DNA of 64,000 nucleotides from Armatimonadota bacterium (GTDB lineage Bacteria; Armatimonadota; SYMT01): NCBI GenBank assembly GCA_046292385.1, contig JBKBRF010000018.1, positions 1 to 64,000 of the forward strand, read 5' to 3'. Shown piece by piece: positions 9,453 to 20,000 of this stretch (position 1 is its first letter; each line of letters starts with the position of its first letter). The notes under the pieces were generated by a model. It saw only the letters and a program-made list of their open reading frames with translations, ran no database searches and was not told where the DNA came from. The position numbers and the translations under genes were made by a program.

Positions 9453-10541
9453 CTAACCCTGCCCCACCACCTGACCTTCCGGAGAGATCCGGAGGTCGAC
9501 CTCTTCCCGGCTGCCCTCCTTCTTGATCTCCACGGCGTAGTACCGGCGGCCGTTGCGGTCCCAGAGGGACGGCGTGTCGTCCTTGTTGATCGTGAAGCCG
9601 GGGATCGCTTCGTTCGCGGCGAGGATTACGGCTTCCGGAAGGGCCTCGGACTTGATCTGCTGCTGCACGAAGACCAGGCGCCCCTCCGCGGTTACGGCAG
9701 CCTGGTACTGGAGGCCGTCCACCCGCTTCTCCACCCGGTAGATCCGCTGGCCGTCGTCTCGATCGGAGCGGACACGGGCGATGTAGCCGCCGGTGGGCAG
9801 CACGCGCAGTACCGCGGAGGCCGCCTCCCGCGGGAGCGAGGCGAGCGCGATGTTCCGCGGATCGTTGAGCCGGGAGGCGAGCGCTTCGTTCAGGATCTCC
9901 ACCTTCGTCACCGGCTTGTCCGCCCCGAGGACCAGGGTGCGGCGCTCACCGTCTCGCTCCAGGACCAGCGAATCACTATCGAATTCAACCACTTTGAACC
10001 CGAACGCCACCTCCCCTTCCCGGACGGCGCGGGAGAGTCGTCGCTCCGGGTCCTCCAGCAAGGCGTAAGGCGCGGCGTCCCCATCCGGCGAGACCAACCC
10101 CACATAGGCGAGGCTGCGCTCTCCGGCACCGCTCCCCGCCGCTTCGGAGCCGTCCTCGTCCTCGTCGGGTGCCCGCTCCTCCCGCTCCTGCCGGAGCTCA
10201 CTTCCGGCCCGGCGGAGCCCCACCGGCGGTAGGGTATCGGTCGGCGAGTCGAATCGGCCGCGGCGGGTCTCGGAGGAGACCAGCGGCCGGAACAGGCCGC
10301 CGCGGACGCGCGGGTCCGAGGTATCGGCGGGCCGTGAGACGAGCGAGACGGGCGCGGGCGAATCTCCGGCGACGCCGGAGGAGCCGCCGGGGAGGGTGCT
10401 GGAGTGGGATGCGGGGGCTCGGACCGGCGGTGGCTCCGTGGAAGGCGGGGTTCCGGCGCGCATCCCGAAGACGCCCCACCCGATCGCCGCGAGCGCCAGC
10501 CACGCGCCTCGCTCCAGCCAACCCTGCCATCCGCTTCGCAT
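9453..10541 (-). CDS. GspC/PilP-like HR-domain membrane protein with C-terminal PepSY-like repeats
   Basis: N-terminal TM; LFRPLVS motif and YVGLV..ALLE..EGEVAFGFKV..LVLE..G core shared with 22143 and 23073 proteins; C-terminal LPxAV..YxVE..DLRISPEG repeats. Confidence 0.65.
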   Translation of the reverse strand: MRSGWQGWLERGAWLALAAIGWGVFGMRAGTPPSTEPPPVRAPASHSSTLPGGSSGVAGDSPAPVSLVSRPADTSDPRVRGGLFRPLVSSETRRGRFDSPTDTLPPVGLRRAGSELRQEREERAPDEDEDGSEAAGSGAGERSLAYVGLVSPDGDAAPYALLEDPERRLSRAVREGEVAFGFKVVEFDSDSLVLERDGERRTLVLGADKPVTKVEILNEALASRLNDPRNIALASLPREAASAVLRVLPTGGYIARVRSDRDDGQRIYRVEKRVDGLQYQAAVTAEGRLVFVQQQIKSEALPEAVILAANEAIPGFTINKDDTPSLWDRNGRRYYAVEIKKEGSREEVDLRISPEGQVVGQG

Positions 10542-10813
10542 CCTACTTCCTCGCTGCTTTCGGACCCGGTTCTTGCCTCCCGAGCCGGCCCGCCGGTTCC
10601 CCTTCGTCGAGATTTGGGGGAAATCCCTCTCTAACGTCCCTTTCCAGCCGCGGGAGTCGTCAAACCGAGAGGGAGATGCCTGGCGCGTGGCCAACGGGAG
10701 CGGGCGAGGGCGACGTGACCGCGGAAAAAACTCCGATCCTTCCGCCGGGTCCAGCCGTCTGGGATGCTGGCAGCCTTCCCCCGCGAACCACTTACCTCCG
10801 ACTTCCCAAGCCC

Positions 10814-11566
10814 ATGACTCGATACCAGTTCCTGCGCCTGCTGTCCGGCCTCGGACTCTGCCTCACCGCTGCCGCCGCGCCGGCCGCGGAGCCCCGCTTC
10901 ATGGAGGAGTCGGGCACGGTCGTCGCCTTCGACGAGGAGACGGGTCTCCTCACCCTGAACGGCCGCCTCGGAGCCCGAACCTTCGTGGTGACTCCGAGCA
11001 CGCGCGTCGTCGTCAACAACCGCGCGGGAGACGCGGGGGACATCTCGGCGGGCGACCAGGTAGAGCTCACCTACCGGCTCGACACCCGGGAGATCGGCCG
11101 TCTGCGCATCATCAACCAGACCAGCGCCCGGGCGAGGGTGGTCAGCGTTACCAACCAGGGCGTGAACGTGCGCATTGATGGGACGGTGGTGACCCTGCAG
11201 CGGAACGCAGCCACCACCTTTGCCGTCGGCGGGCTGCGGATCACCGACCCGTCGATCCTGACCGGCCTGCTGGCGGACGTGCGGTTCGAGCCGGACAGCC
11301 TGGTGCTGCTCAACGCCTCCGGCCGAGCGAGCCGCGCGACCGGGAGGATCGGCGCGGTCGACGCGACCGCCGGCGTCATCACGCTCAAGGGCCGCCGCCA
11401 GCGCCAGTTCTCCACGATCCCGGACGTCACGGTGATTCGCAACGGCGTCGATGCCACCCTCGCCTCGCTGCAGCCGGACGACCGGATCGAAGTCGTCTTC
11501 ACTCCGGGCCGGCGCCGCGACCGCGCTCTGCTGCTGCGGGCGCGGGGAGCGAGAGTGACGGAGTAG
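10814..11566 (+). CDS. Secreted beta-rich repeat protein (DUF5666-like OB-fold repeats)
   Basis: Signal peptide; repeated G.V..D..TG.LTL...F....T.V..N....L..GD.VE modules. Confidence 0.65.
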   Translation: MTRYQFLRLLSGLGLCLTAAAAPAAEPRFMEESGTVVAFDEETGLLTLNGRLGARTFVVTPSTRVVVNNRAGDAGDISAGDQVELTYRLDTREIGRLRIINQTSARARVVSVTNQGVNVRIDGTVVTLQRNAATTFAVGGLRITDPSILTGLLADVRFEPDSLVLLNASGRASRATGRIGAVDATAGVITLKGRRQRQFSTIPDVTVIRNGVDATLASLQPDDRIEVVFTPGRRRDRALLLRARGARVTE

Positions 11567-11815
11567 GCGTTCTACCGCTCCGGAGGTAGGCGCAAACCTT
11601 TCTGAACGCCGTTTGAAAAGCGGCGTCTAGGAAGATGTTGCCGGACCGCACCGGGGTACCTGCCCTGGTGAGCCGGTTCCCCAGGGCTCCGGAACGATCC
11701 GGAGCCGCCCGCACCCGGCACGGCGCCGCACCCCGGCCTGCCAATCCCGGTGCGGTCTGTGGTCTCAACTCGGTCCGGCACGTGCCGGTCACGTCCGTTC
11801 TGTCGGAGGTTCAGG

Positions 11816-12523
11816 ATGAAGATTTCTAGAGTGTATGCCCTCGCGGCGGCCCTGCTCGCCGTAGCGGTGGCGCCGGCCTTCGCGCAGCGAGGCGGCGGCC
11901 GCGGCCCCGGTTTCGGCTTCGGAGGCGGCGCCGGGATCGTGATGATCCCCGAGGTGCAGAAGGAGCTCAAGCTGGAGCAGGCGCAGATCACCCTGATCGA
12001 TCAGGTGATGGCGGAAGGCCGCGAGAAGATGCGCGCGCTCTTCCAGGAGAGCCAGGGCAATCGTGAGGGTGCTCGCCAGAAGATGCAGGAGCTGCAGGCG
12101 CAGCAGGAGAAGCAGGTGATCGAGATCCTGGAGCCGGCGCAGGTCAAGCGCTACAAGCAGCTCCAGATCCAGCAGGCCGGCCCCCGCGGCCTCGTCCGCC
12201 CGGAAGTGGCGCAGCAGCTCAAGCTGACCCCCAGCCAGACCCAGTCGATCGAGGCGGCGGTCCGCGGCGAGCAGGAGTCGATGCGCAGCATGTTCGAGAG
12301 CGCCCGCAGCAACGGCGGCGGCCCGGAAGCGTTCCAGGGCCTGCGCGAGAAGATGCAGCAGCTCCGCGGCGAGACCGACAAGAAGATCCTGGCGGTGCTG
12401 ACCGACGCTCAGAAGAAGCAGTTCGACGAGCTGAAGGGCGCGCCGTTCACCTTCCCGGAGCCGCGCTTCGGCGGCCGCGGCGGCCCGGGCGGCGGCCGGC
12501 GTCCGAACAACCCCAACAACTAA
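11816..12523 (+). CDS. Secreted helical protein, Spy/CpxP (LTxxQ)-like
   Basis: RBS GGAGG; signal peptide; LKLxxxQ and LTxxQ motifs (LKLTPSQ, VLTDAQKKQF); Gly-rich termini. Confidence 0.75.
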   Translation: MKISRVYALAAALLAVAVAPAFAQRGGGRGPGFGFGGGAGIVMIPEVQKELKLEQAQITLIDQVMAEGREKMRALFQESQGNREGARQKMQELQAQQEKQVIEILEPAQVKRYKQLQIQQAGPRGLVRPEVAQQLKLTPSQTQSIEAAVRGEQESMRSMFESARSNGGGPEAFQGLREKMQQLRGETDKKILAVLTDAQKKQFDELKGAPFTFPEPRFGGRGGPGGGRRPNNPNN

Positions 12524-12751
12524 GGCGGTAGCACCACCGCTCGCGCACACGGAAGCCGGCCAGCCATCACTACGGCCGGCTTCCGCCGTGATTGACCCGG
12601 GGCGGCTGAATGCAGTCTTCCAACGTCGGAATCACGTAATTACAACAGGGCAGGCTTCCCCTACTCGTCGGAGCCTACGTAGTTAAGTGGAGAGCCCCGG
12701 TCCCGGCCGGCTCCTCCCGAAATCTCTTTCGGCATTCGAATCAGAGCTGTT

Positions 12752-14410
12752 ATGTCCGACCGCATTGCCCAGGCACTCTTGAGCTCCGGCCGCCTCTCGC
12801 TGGAGCGGCTCACCCGCGCGCAGCAGGAGCAGGAGCGCTCCGGACGTCCCCTGCCGGAGATGCTGCTCCGCCTGGGCTACTGCTCGGAGGACGACATCCG
12901 CCGCGCCTTTGCGGAGGCGCTCGGCCTGCCGATCCTGGACGAGTCGACCCGCCCGGATCCGGAGGCGATCGCGATGATTTCCTCCGCCCTGGCGCAGCGG
13001 CATACGGCCGTCCCGATCCGCCGGGAGAACGGCCACCTCCTGGTCGCCATCGCCGACCCGATGAACCTGACGGCGCTGGACGACCTGCGCCTCGCGACCG
13101 GCGTGCCGGTGAAGCCGGCCTACGCGGACCGCGACTACCTGCAGCGGCTCCTGAGCGACGCCTACGCGGGCGAGGACGAAGACGGGTTCGAGGTGGTCCA
13201 GGAGGAGGGCGACAACGTCGCGGAGCTCCAGCGGCTGGCGCAGGAATCGCTCGTTATCCGCCTGGTGAACAACATCTTCCGGGAAGCGGTGCGCGCCCGC
13301 GCCAGTGACATCCACATCGAGTCGTTCGAAGACCGGTGCCAGGTGCGGTATCGCGTCGACGGCGTGCTCCACGAGCAGGCCCCGCCGCCGCAGCGGCTGC
13401 TGCCGGCCATCGTCTCCCGCATCAAGATCCTGGCCGACCTCGACATCGCGGAGCGCCGCCTGCCGCAGGACGGCCGCATCAAGACCCACATCCTGGGTCA
13501 CGAGATCGACGTCCGCGTCTCGATCCTCCCCACCCTGCATGGCGAGGCGGTCGTGATGCGCCTGCTGGACCAGAGCAGCATCCAGATCAACCTGGAAGAC
13601 ATCGGCTTCACGGAGCAGCAGCTCGCGGTCTACGAGAAGGCGATCCGCAAGCCGCACGGCATGGTGCTGGTCACCGGGCCGACCGGCTCCGGGAAGACGA
13701 CCACCCTCTACGCCTCGCTGCGGCGCATCTTCTCCCCGGAGAAGAAGGTGATCACCGTGGAGGACCCGGTCGAGTACCAGATGACCGGCGTCAACCAGAT
13801 GCAGGTCCGCGAGCGGATCGGCCTCACCTTCGCGCGGGGGCTGCGCTCGATCGTCCGCCAGGACCCGGACATCATCATGGTCGGTGAGATCCGCGACCAT
13901 GAGACGCTGGAGATTGCGGTCCACGCGGCGCTGACCGGCCACCTGCTCCTCTCCACGCTGCACACCAACGACGCCGCCGGCGCCGTGAGCCGCCTCATCG
14001 ACATGGGGCTGGAGCCGTTCCTGGCGGCGAGCTCGCTGGAGTGTATGATGGCCCAGCGCCTGGCCCGCCGGGTCTGCCCGGAGTGCCGGGAAGAGCAGGA
14101 GCCGCCGCGTGAGATGATGATCATCATGGAGAAGGAGCTCGGCTACGCGCCGCCCTCCAAGCAGTGGCGCGGCGTCGGCTGCAGCCACTGCCGCTTCACC
14201 GGCTTCGTCGGCCGGTTGGGGCTCTTCGAGATCCTGCCGATCTCGGAGCAGGTGCGCGAGCTGATCCTGAACCGGTCGTCCGCCAGCCAGATCAAGGCGA
14301 TGGCGGTGAGCCAGGGGATGACCACGCTCCGGCAGGACGGCTGGCGCAAGGTGCTGGCCGGCCAGACCACCATCGAAGAAGTGATCCGCGTTTCCACCGA
14401 AGACGAGTAG
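12752..14410 (+). CDS. gspE: Type II secretion/pilus assembly ATPase GspE/PulE
   Basis: N-terminal MshEN-like segment; ASDIHIE, RLPQDGR, Walker A GPTGSGKTT, EDPVE, RQDPD, GEIRD, LHTN, tetra-Cys motif. Confidence 0.95.
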   Translation: MSDRIAQALLSSGRLSLERLTRAQQEQERSGRPLPEMLLRLGYCSEDDIRRAFAEALGLPILDESTRPDPEAIAMISSALAQRHTAVPIRRENGHLLVAIADPMNLTALDDLRLATGVPVKPAYADRDYLQRLLSDAYAGEDEDGFEVVQEEGDNVAELQRLAQESLVIRLVNNIFREAVRARASDIHIESFEDRCQVRYRVDGVLHEQAPPPQRLLPAIVSRIKILADLDIAERRLPQDGRIKTHILGHEIDVRVSILPTLHGEAVVMRLLDQSSIQINLEDIGFTEQQLAVYEKAIRKPHGMVLVTGPTGSGKTTTLYASLRRIFSPEKKVITVEDPVEYQMTGVNQMQVRERIGLTFARGLRSIVRQDPDIIMVGEIRDHETLEIAVHAALTGHLLLSTLHTNDAAGAVSRLIDMGLEPFLAASSLECMMAQRLARRVCPECREEQEPPREMMIIMEKELGYAPPSKQWRGVGCSHCRFTGFVGRLGLFEILPISEQVRELILNRSSASQIKAMAVSQGMTTLRQDGWRKVLAGQTTIEEVIRVSTEDE

Positions 14411-14420
14411 TAAGCACCCG

Positions 14421-15668
14421 ATGGCCGAGTTCCGCTATACCGCCCTGGATAAGTCCGGCAAAGAGGTGACCGGCGCGCTGCACGCCGAAGACCGCTCCGG
14501 CGCGCTCGCCCGCCTGAAGAGCATGGGGATGTACCCCATGGGCCTGGAGGTGGCGGCGCAGGGCGCGGCGGCAGTGGCGGCGCCGGGCGCAGCCGCACCC
14601 GCGCGGGCCGGCGGGGGGATCGCGCTCTTCGGCGGCCGGGTGAGCGCCTCCGATCTCGCGCTGTTCACCCGCCAGCTCGCTTCCCTCTTCAATGCCGGCC
14701 TGAACATGGCGCGGTCGCTCGACACGCTGATCGACCACGCCGAGAACCCGACGCTGCGGACCACCCTGGAGCAGGTGCGGCAGTCGGTCTCCGGCGGCTC
14801 GGCGCTCTGGGAAGCGATGGCGGAGCATCCCCGCGTCTTCTCGGAGCTCTACGTGAGCCTGGTGCAGGCGGGGGAGGCGTCCGGTCAGCTCGGCAAGGTG
14901 CTGGAGCGGCTGGCCGACAGCCTGGAGAAGGCGGAGGAGTATCGCTCCCGCATCCGCTCGGCCCTCGCCTACCCGATGCTGCTGATCACGGCCGGCGCCG
15001 GCGCGGTGATCTTCATCCTGGTCTTCCTGGTGCCCCGCTTTGCCCGGATCTTCGGGAGCCTGAACCGGGAGCTGCCGACGCCGACCAAGGTGCTCCTCGC
15101 GACCCAGGCCTTCGTCTCGGAGTACGGCATTCTGATGCTCGTGCTGGGGATCGGCGCGTTCGCCGCGCTCAAGGCGTGGGAGCGCACGGAGCAGGGCGGG
15201 CTCACGATGGACACGATCCGGATGAAGATCCCGATCCTCGGCTCGATCATCCACAAGGACGCCGTCTCCCGGTTCTGCCGCACGATGTCGACCCTGGTCG
15301 AGGGCGGCGTGCCGATCCTGAGCAGCTTCGAAGTGGCGGAACGGGCGGTCGGCAACCGGGTGCTGCGGAAGGCGATCGAAGAGGTGCGGAACGCGGTCCG
15401 CGGCGGTGAAGCGCTGGCGGATCCGCTGAAGCGCACCGGCGTGTTCCCCTCCCTCGTTACCAACATGATCGCCGTGGGCGAGGAGACCGGGAACCTGGAC
15501 GAGATGCTGAACCGCGTGGCGGACACGTACGACGCGGAGATCGGCAACAAGATGCGGCAGCTCGTCTCGCTCGTCGAGCCGATGGTGATCCTGATCATGG
15601 GCGCCATCATCGGCACCATCGTGCTCTCGATGCTCATCCCGGTGATGGAGCTGAGCACCGCGTTTTAG
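14421..15668 (+). CDS. gspF: Type II secretion inner-membrane platform protein GspF
   Basis: FTRQLA, GEASGQL, ALAYP, GEETGNL, EPM motifs; follows gspE. Confidence 0.95.
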   Translation: MAEFRYTALDKSGKEVTGALHAEDRSGALARLKSMGMYPMGLEVAAQGAAAVAAPGAAAPARAGGGIALFGGRVSASDLALFTRQLASLFNAGLNMARSLDTLIDHAENPTLRTTLEQVRQSVSGGSALWEAMAEHPRVFSELYVSLVQAGEASGQLGKVLERLADSLEKAEEYRSRIRSALAYPMLLITAGAGAVIFILVFLVPRFARIFGSLNRELPTPTKVLLATQAFVSEYGILMLVLGIGAFAALKAWERTEQGGLTMDTIRMKIPILGSIIHKDAVSRFCRTMSTLVEGGVPILSSFEVAERAVGNRVLRKAIEEVRNAVRGGEALADPLKRTGVFPSLVTNMIAVGEETGNLDEMLNRVADTYDAEIGNKMRQLVSLVEPMVILIMGAIIGTIVLSMLIPVMELSTAF

Positions 15669-15701
15669 ATAGCGTCCGGCGGTTACGAGTGGGAGAGCGT
15701 T

Positions 15702-15790
15702 GTTGCAGGTTGGCAAGTTGACAGGTTACAGGTTTGCCCTCGGACCGCGGGGGTTCGCAACCTGGAACCTGAAACCTGCAAACCTGTAAC
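15702..15790. repeat. CAGGTT/AACCTG 7-8-mer palindromic element
   Basis: Tandem CAGGTT-like units, a GC-rich core, then tandem AACCTG units; one of four copies. Confidence 0.75.
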
Positions 15791-15857
15791 CACCCCTTCC
15801 AACCCGAGAGTAGTAGCCGGATGGTCAAGAGTCGATAGGACCTGGAGGATAGATCCC

Positions 15858-16304
15858 ATGCTTCGCAGAGAGCGAGTTCGGAAGGGTTTCACGCTCATCG
15901 AGCTTCTCGTCGTGCTCGTGATCCTGGCACTGCTGGCCGGCATCGTGCTGCCGCGGTTCATGGACCGCACCAAGGATGCCAACGTGTCGGCGGCCAAGAC
16001 GCAGATCAGCAACTTCAAGAACGCGCTGAACCTGTACATGCTGGACAACGGCCAGCCGCCGTCCACCCAGCAGGGGCTGGAGGCGCTGGTGACGGAGCCG
16101 ACCAGCTCGCCGCGCCCGCGCAACTGGAAGAAGTACCTCGGCGACGTCAATGAGGTTCCGCAGGATCCCTGGGGCAACGCGTACCAGTACGAGGCGCCGG
16201 GACCCAACGGAGAGGACTACCTCATCACCAGCCTCGGGGCCGACGGTCGCCCGGGCGGCGCTGAGTACGACGCCGACATCACCAGCCTCGACACCCGGAA
16301 GTAA
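15858..16304 (+). CDS. gspG: Major pseudopilin GspG
   Basis: RBS GGAGG; G|FTLIELLVV; LYMLDNG.PP...GLEAL; DPWGNAY; SLGADG..GG...DADI. Confidence 0.95.
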   Translation: MLRRERVRKGFTLIELLVVLVILALLAGIVLPRFMDRTKDANVSAAKTQISNFKNALNLYMLDNGQPPSTQQGLEALVTEPTSSPRPRNWKKYLGDVNEVPQDPWGNAYQYEAPGPNGEDYLITSLGADGRPGGAEYDADITSLDTRK

Positions 16305-16313
16305 GCGGATCTC

Positions 16314-16946
16314 GTGATGCGTCCTCTCCGGGTCATTCCGCGTGAAAAGCTGCGGCCGCCGGCAACGTCCGGCGGTCCGCGGCCTCGCGCCGCCCGCAGA
16401 GCGCATACGCTGACGGAGTTGCTGGTGGTGCTGACGATCCTGACGCTCTTCGCCGGGATCGTGATGCCCCGCCTCGCCTCCGCGCTGATCCGCTCCCACC
16501 TCGAGGTCGCGATCGAGCGGGTGCAGTCCGGCTTCAGCTACACCCGCGCCCGCGCGGTGGCGACCGGCCTGCGCCACCAGGTGGCGTTCAACGCCCAGAC
16601 CCGCGAGATCGTGGCGGAGCCGTTCCGGCCGGAGCTGACGACCCAGGGCGCCACCACGACCGTCCGCGACGACGACCCTTCGCTCCAGCCGGCGCTCCGG
16701 ACCACGCTGCCGGAAGAGGTGCAGGTAGTGGAGTGGACCGTGATCCCGATGGAAGCGGGCATGCAGGGCGGACGCACCACTTACAGCACTTCCACGGCCG
16801 ACGCTCCGCTCGTGAGCTATCCGGAAGGGATGGGCGACAGCGCGCGCGTGGTGCTGGAGGACGAGGAAGGCCGCCGCCGCGGCGTGATCCTGGACGGCTT
16901 CACCGGCGAGATCCGGGAGCTGGAGCCGGAAGAGCTGTCCCGATGA
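16314..16946 (+). CDS. gspH: Minor pseudopilin GspH-like
   Basis: Prepilin-like RRA|HTLTELLVVL; position after gspG; start uncertain. Confidence 0.75.
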   Translation: MMRPLRVIPREKLRPPATSGGPRPRAARRAHTLTELLVVLTILTLFAGIVMPRLASALIRSHLEVAIERVQSGFSYTRARAVATGLRHQVAFNAQTREIVAEPFRPELTTQGATTTVRDDDPSLQPALRTTLPEEVQVVEWTVIPMEAGMQGGRTTYSTSTADAPLVSYPEGMGDSARVVLEDEEGRRRGVILDGFTGEIRELEPEELSR

Positions 16947-17380
16947 AGCGACGCGGCGTCACCCTACTGGAAGTCCTGGTGGCAGCAGTCGTGCTGGCCA
17001 CCGGGATCACCGCCTGCCTCTCCGTCATCGCCGGCAGCGCCGCCGCCGTGCGGCGGGTGGAGGAGCACAGCCGGGGGCTGATGTTCGCCCGCTCCAAGAT
17101 GGACGAGATCCTGAAGGAGCCGCTGCTCCAGACCGGGACCGACCAGGGGCAGGGTATCGACGAGACCACCGACTTCGACTGGCAGGCGACGATCGAGCCG
17201 AGCCAGCACCCGAGCCTGGTGTTGATCACCGTCGTCGCCACGCACCGGGTCTCCGGCTACCAGACCGTCGTAACGGCGCTCCGCCGCCCCGACCTCGACA
17301 CCCCGCCGGAGGGCGTGGCCGGCTCCGGCACCCCCTCCACCACGGAGGAGTCCGGCGGCGTTACCGGGGAGAGCCTCTGA
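16943..17380 (+). CDS. gspI: Minor pseudopilin GspI-like
   Basis: MKRRG|VTLLEVLVA; ATGA overlap with gspH. Confidence 0.8.
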   Translation: MKRRGVTLLEVLVAAVVLATGITACLSVIAGSAAAVRRVEEHSRGLMFARSKMDEILKEPLLQTGTDQGQGIDETTDFDWQATIEPSQHPSLVLITVVATHRVSGYQTVVTALRRPDLDTPPEGVAGSGTPSTTEESGGVTGESL

Positions 17381-18087
17381 TGCGGCGCCGCGGCTACACC
17401 CTGATCGAGCTGCTCGTCGCCATTACGATTGGCGCGGTGCTGCTCTTTCTGACGGCGCAGATGTTCCGCAGCGCCATCGTCGGACGCGAGCGAGTGCGGG
17501 AGGTCTCCTCGCGCATGGGCGCCCTCCGCCGCGCGTACGAGGTGGTCAGCCGCGACCTCCACAGCGCCACCATTCCGCCGGACGACTCCGGCCTGCAGTT
17601 CGGCCTGGAGTCGACCCCTGCCGGCCTGGGGAGCCACGTGCTGCAGTTCGCGTCGGTGGTCGGCGAGCCGCTCCTGTCCGGCCGTGCCTCCAACGAGACG
17701 GTGCTGGTGCAGTACGCCATCAGCGACGATCCCCGCACCGGCGTCCCCACCCTCTTCCGCTACGAGACCGCCTACCCGGTGCCGGAGGGCGCCTCCCCGC
17801 TCGACAGCGGAGACACTCGCGCAATGCCGCTGCTGCCGGGAGTCACGGCGGCGAGCTACCTCTTCTACAGCCCCGACCAGCAGAACTGGCTGGAGACCTG
17901 GGACCCGGCTACCGGTCTGCCGACGGCGATCCGCATCGACCTGGTCCTGGGCGACAGCCGGGAGCGGAACGCGGAGCAGGAGCCGCGCCAGGAAAGCTGG
18001 ACCTTCGCGCTGCCCGCGGCGAAGTACGTGAACGACGAGGCCCTGGAGGCGGCGGAAGCCGCCGCCGGGACGGGAGAGACGCAATGA
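17380..18087 (+). CDS. gspJ: Minor pseudopilin GspJ-like
   Basis: MRRRG|YTLIELLVA; SRDL motif; LPTAIRIDL C-terminal motif. Confidence 0.85.
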   Translation: MRRRGYTLIELLVAITIGAVLLFLTAQMFRSAIVGRERVREVSSRMGALRRAYEVVSRDLHSATIPPDDSGLQFGLESTPAGLGSHVLQFASVVGEPLLSGRASNETVLVQYAISDDPRTGVPTLFRYETAYPVPEGASPLDSGDTRAMPLLPGVTAASYLFYSPDQQNWLETWDPATGLPTAIRIDLVLGDSRERNAEQEPRQESWTFALPAAKYVNDEALEAAEAAAGTGETQ

Positions 18088-19811
18088 TCGGTTCCCCCAC
18101 CCGTCGCCGCGGCGCCGTGCTCCCGATCGCCATGTGGATCATGGTGATCCTCACCGTCCTGGGCCTGGGCCTGGCGTACGACACTCAGCTCGGGATCAAG
18201 GCGACCACCAACGTCGACGCGGAGGCGCGCGCCTACTACACCGCGCTCTCCGGGATCGAGCGGCTCGCCGCCGAGCTGGACGAGAGCGGCGTCTTCTATA
18301 CCGCGGCGGGCGACACCTGGGAGCGGCTCGACTCCGACCAGGAGCCGATCAGCCCGGAGTCGGAGCAGTTCCGCTACATGGTGCTGGCCTACGACAACTG
18401 CAGCTACGCCGACCTGAACGAGATCGACGAGACCGCGCTCAACACCCTGGCCGAGTCGTCCGGCCTTTCCCCGGAGCAGGTCCAGGCGATCCTCGATTAC
18501 CGCAGCTCCGGGACTACGGCGGAGGGGACGGCGACGGAAGAGACCACCGCGGAGGTGGCGCCGTCGTTCCGCTCGGTCGACGACCTCCTGCTGCTGCCCG
18601 GCTTTACCGCGGACCAGTTCTACAACGCCCCCTCCTGGCAGGAGCGGCTGAGCCCCGCCGAGCTGTTCCGCCAGGAGTGGGCCGCGATGGAGAGCGGCCT
18701 GCAGCAGGACACGCCCCAGGCCCCCGCCGACCCCAACTCCCAGGTCGCGGACATCCGCAGCCTCTTTACGGTCGGCGCCCGCGCCCGGCGGATCGCCGCG
18801 GACGGACAGGCCCGCGTGGAGCTCTCCTCCATCACCAGCGAGGAGCTGCAGGAGCGCCTGGAGGCGGTAGCGAGCGTGCTCGCCGCGGCAGGCGGCGAGG
18901 AAGACGGCGGCGATCCGGTCAGCGCGGCGGCGCGGGTCGCCGGAAACAACGACGTTGAGAACTGGGGCAGCGTCTGGCAGGCGGTGAATAACAACCGCCA
19001 GGCCGTGCGCCTGCTGGCCGACGTGGTGACCCTGCCCGAAGGCGACGCCCAGGTCGGCGGCGGCGACAGCGCCGGTGGCGGCGGAAACGGCGGCGGAGGG
19101 CGTCCGGGCGGAGGCGGTGGGCGTCCTGGCGGGGGCCCCGGCGGTGGTCCGGGCGGAGGTGGTCCGGGCGGGGGTGGTCCGGGCGGAGGCGGCCGGCCGG
19201 GCGGAGGCGGAGGCTTCCCCGGCGGAGGTCCCGGCGGGCGCGGCTCCGTAGGACCCTTCGGAAGCTCGCAGCGCCGCCCCGCGCCGCCGAGCGCGCAGCT
19301 TGCGGTCTACCGGCCCGGGTCCCCCCTGCGGATCCAGCTCGCGCAGGGCCCCGGGGGCGGCGGTGGCTTTCCGGGCGGCGGTGGCGGCAATCCGTTCGAC
19401 AATCCCGGCGGCGGGAGCGGCCCCGGCGGCGGCGGAGCCACGGAAACCGGAACGTCGACTACCGTGGCGGGTCCGATCGAAGGGGCGGTGAACCTGAACA
19501 CCGCTCCGCAGGAAGTGCTGATGACGCTCCCCGGCATGACGGAGGAGGCTGCGGCCGCGATCGTGGAGTACCGGTCACAGAACCCGTTGATGAGCCGCGG
19601 CGACCTCCTGCTGATCGATCAGATCACGCCGCAGATTTTCAACCAGATCGTGGAGCGGGTCACCGTCATCAGCGACAGCTTTACCGTACGCGCGCTCGGC
19701 ATGGCGCGGGGACCGTCCGGCCTACCCACGGATATCTCCGTCCATCTGACCGCCGTGCTGGACCGCACCAGCGGCCGCTGCCGCATCGTGCGGCTGCGGC
19801 AGGATAACTAA
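18084..19811 (+). CDS. gspK: Minor pseudopilin GspK-like with Gly-rich insertion
   Basis: RRRG|AVL (no Glu+5, as in GspK); DLN, FRSVDDLLL, VNLNTAP..L..LPG HhH motifs; SDSFTV. Confidence 0.85.
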   Translation: MIGSPTRRRGAVLPIAMWIMVILTVLGLGLAYDTQLGIKATTNVDAEARAYYTALSGIERLAAELDESGVFYTAAGDTWERLDSDQEPISPESEQFRYMVLAYDNCSYADLNEIDETALNTLAESSGLSPEQVQAILDYRSSGTTAEGTATEETTAEVAPSFRSVDDLLLLPGFTADQFYNAPSWQERLSPAELFRQEWAAMESGLQQDTPQAPADPNSQVADIRSLFTVGARARRIAADGQARVELSSITSEELQERLEAVASVLAAAGGEEDGGDPVSAAARVAGNNDVENWGSVWQAVNNNRQAVRLLADVVTLPEGDAQVGGGDSAGGGGNGGGGRPGGGGGRPGGGPGGGPGGGGPGGGGPGGGGRPGGGGGFPGGGPGGRGSVGPFGSSQRRPAPPSAQLAVYRPGSPLRIQLAQGPGGGGGFPGGGGGNPFDNPGGGSGPGGGGATETGTSTTVAGPIEGAVNLNTAPQEVLMTLPGMTEEAAAAIVEYRSQNPLMSRGDLLLIDQITPQIFNQIVERVTVISDSFTVRALGMARGPSGLPTDISVHLTAVLDRTSGRCRIVRLRQDN

Positions 19812-19908
19812 CGTAGCTGCGCCGGGCGCGGAGAGCGGACTGTGAACCGTTGAAGAGAAACCTGGCGGTCGGCAGCGCACGGCGGCGTGCTGCTAACTCG
19901 CCGGGCCG

Positions 19909-20000
19909 GCCTTTGGAGTGCGAGAGCTTGCTCTCGCTTTCCGGCCAGCGAATTAGATCGAGTGTAGGAAAGCGGCAGCAAGCTGCCGCACTCCAAAGGC
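19909..20000. repeat. REP/REPIN-like palindrome (TTTGGAGTGCG...CGCACTCCAAA)
   Basis: Terminal inverted repeats enclosing two internal hairpins; related to 110-248. Confidence 0.75.

Noticed and set aside
15702..15790. Short tandem repeats as a possible CRISPR array
   Set aside because: Units are 7-8 nt without unique spacers; no cas genes; no regular repeat-spacer array seen anywhere in the window
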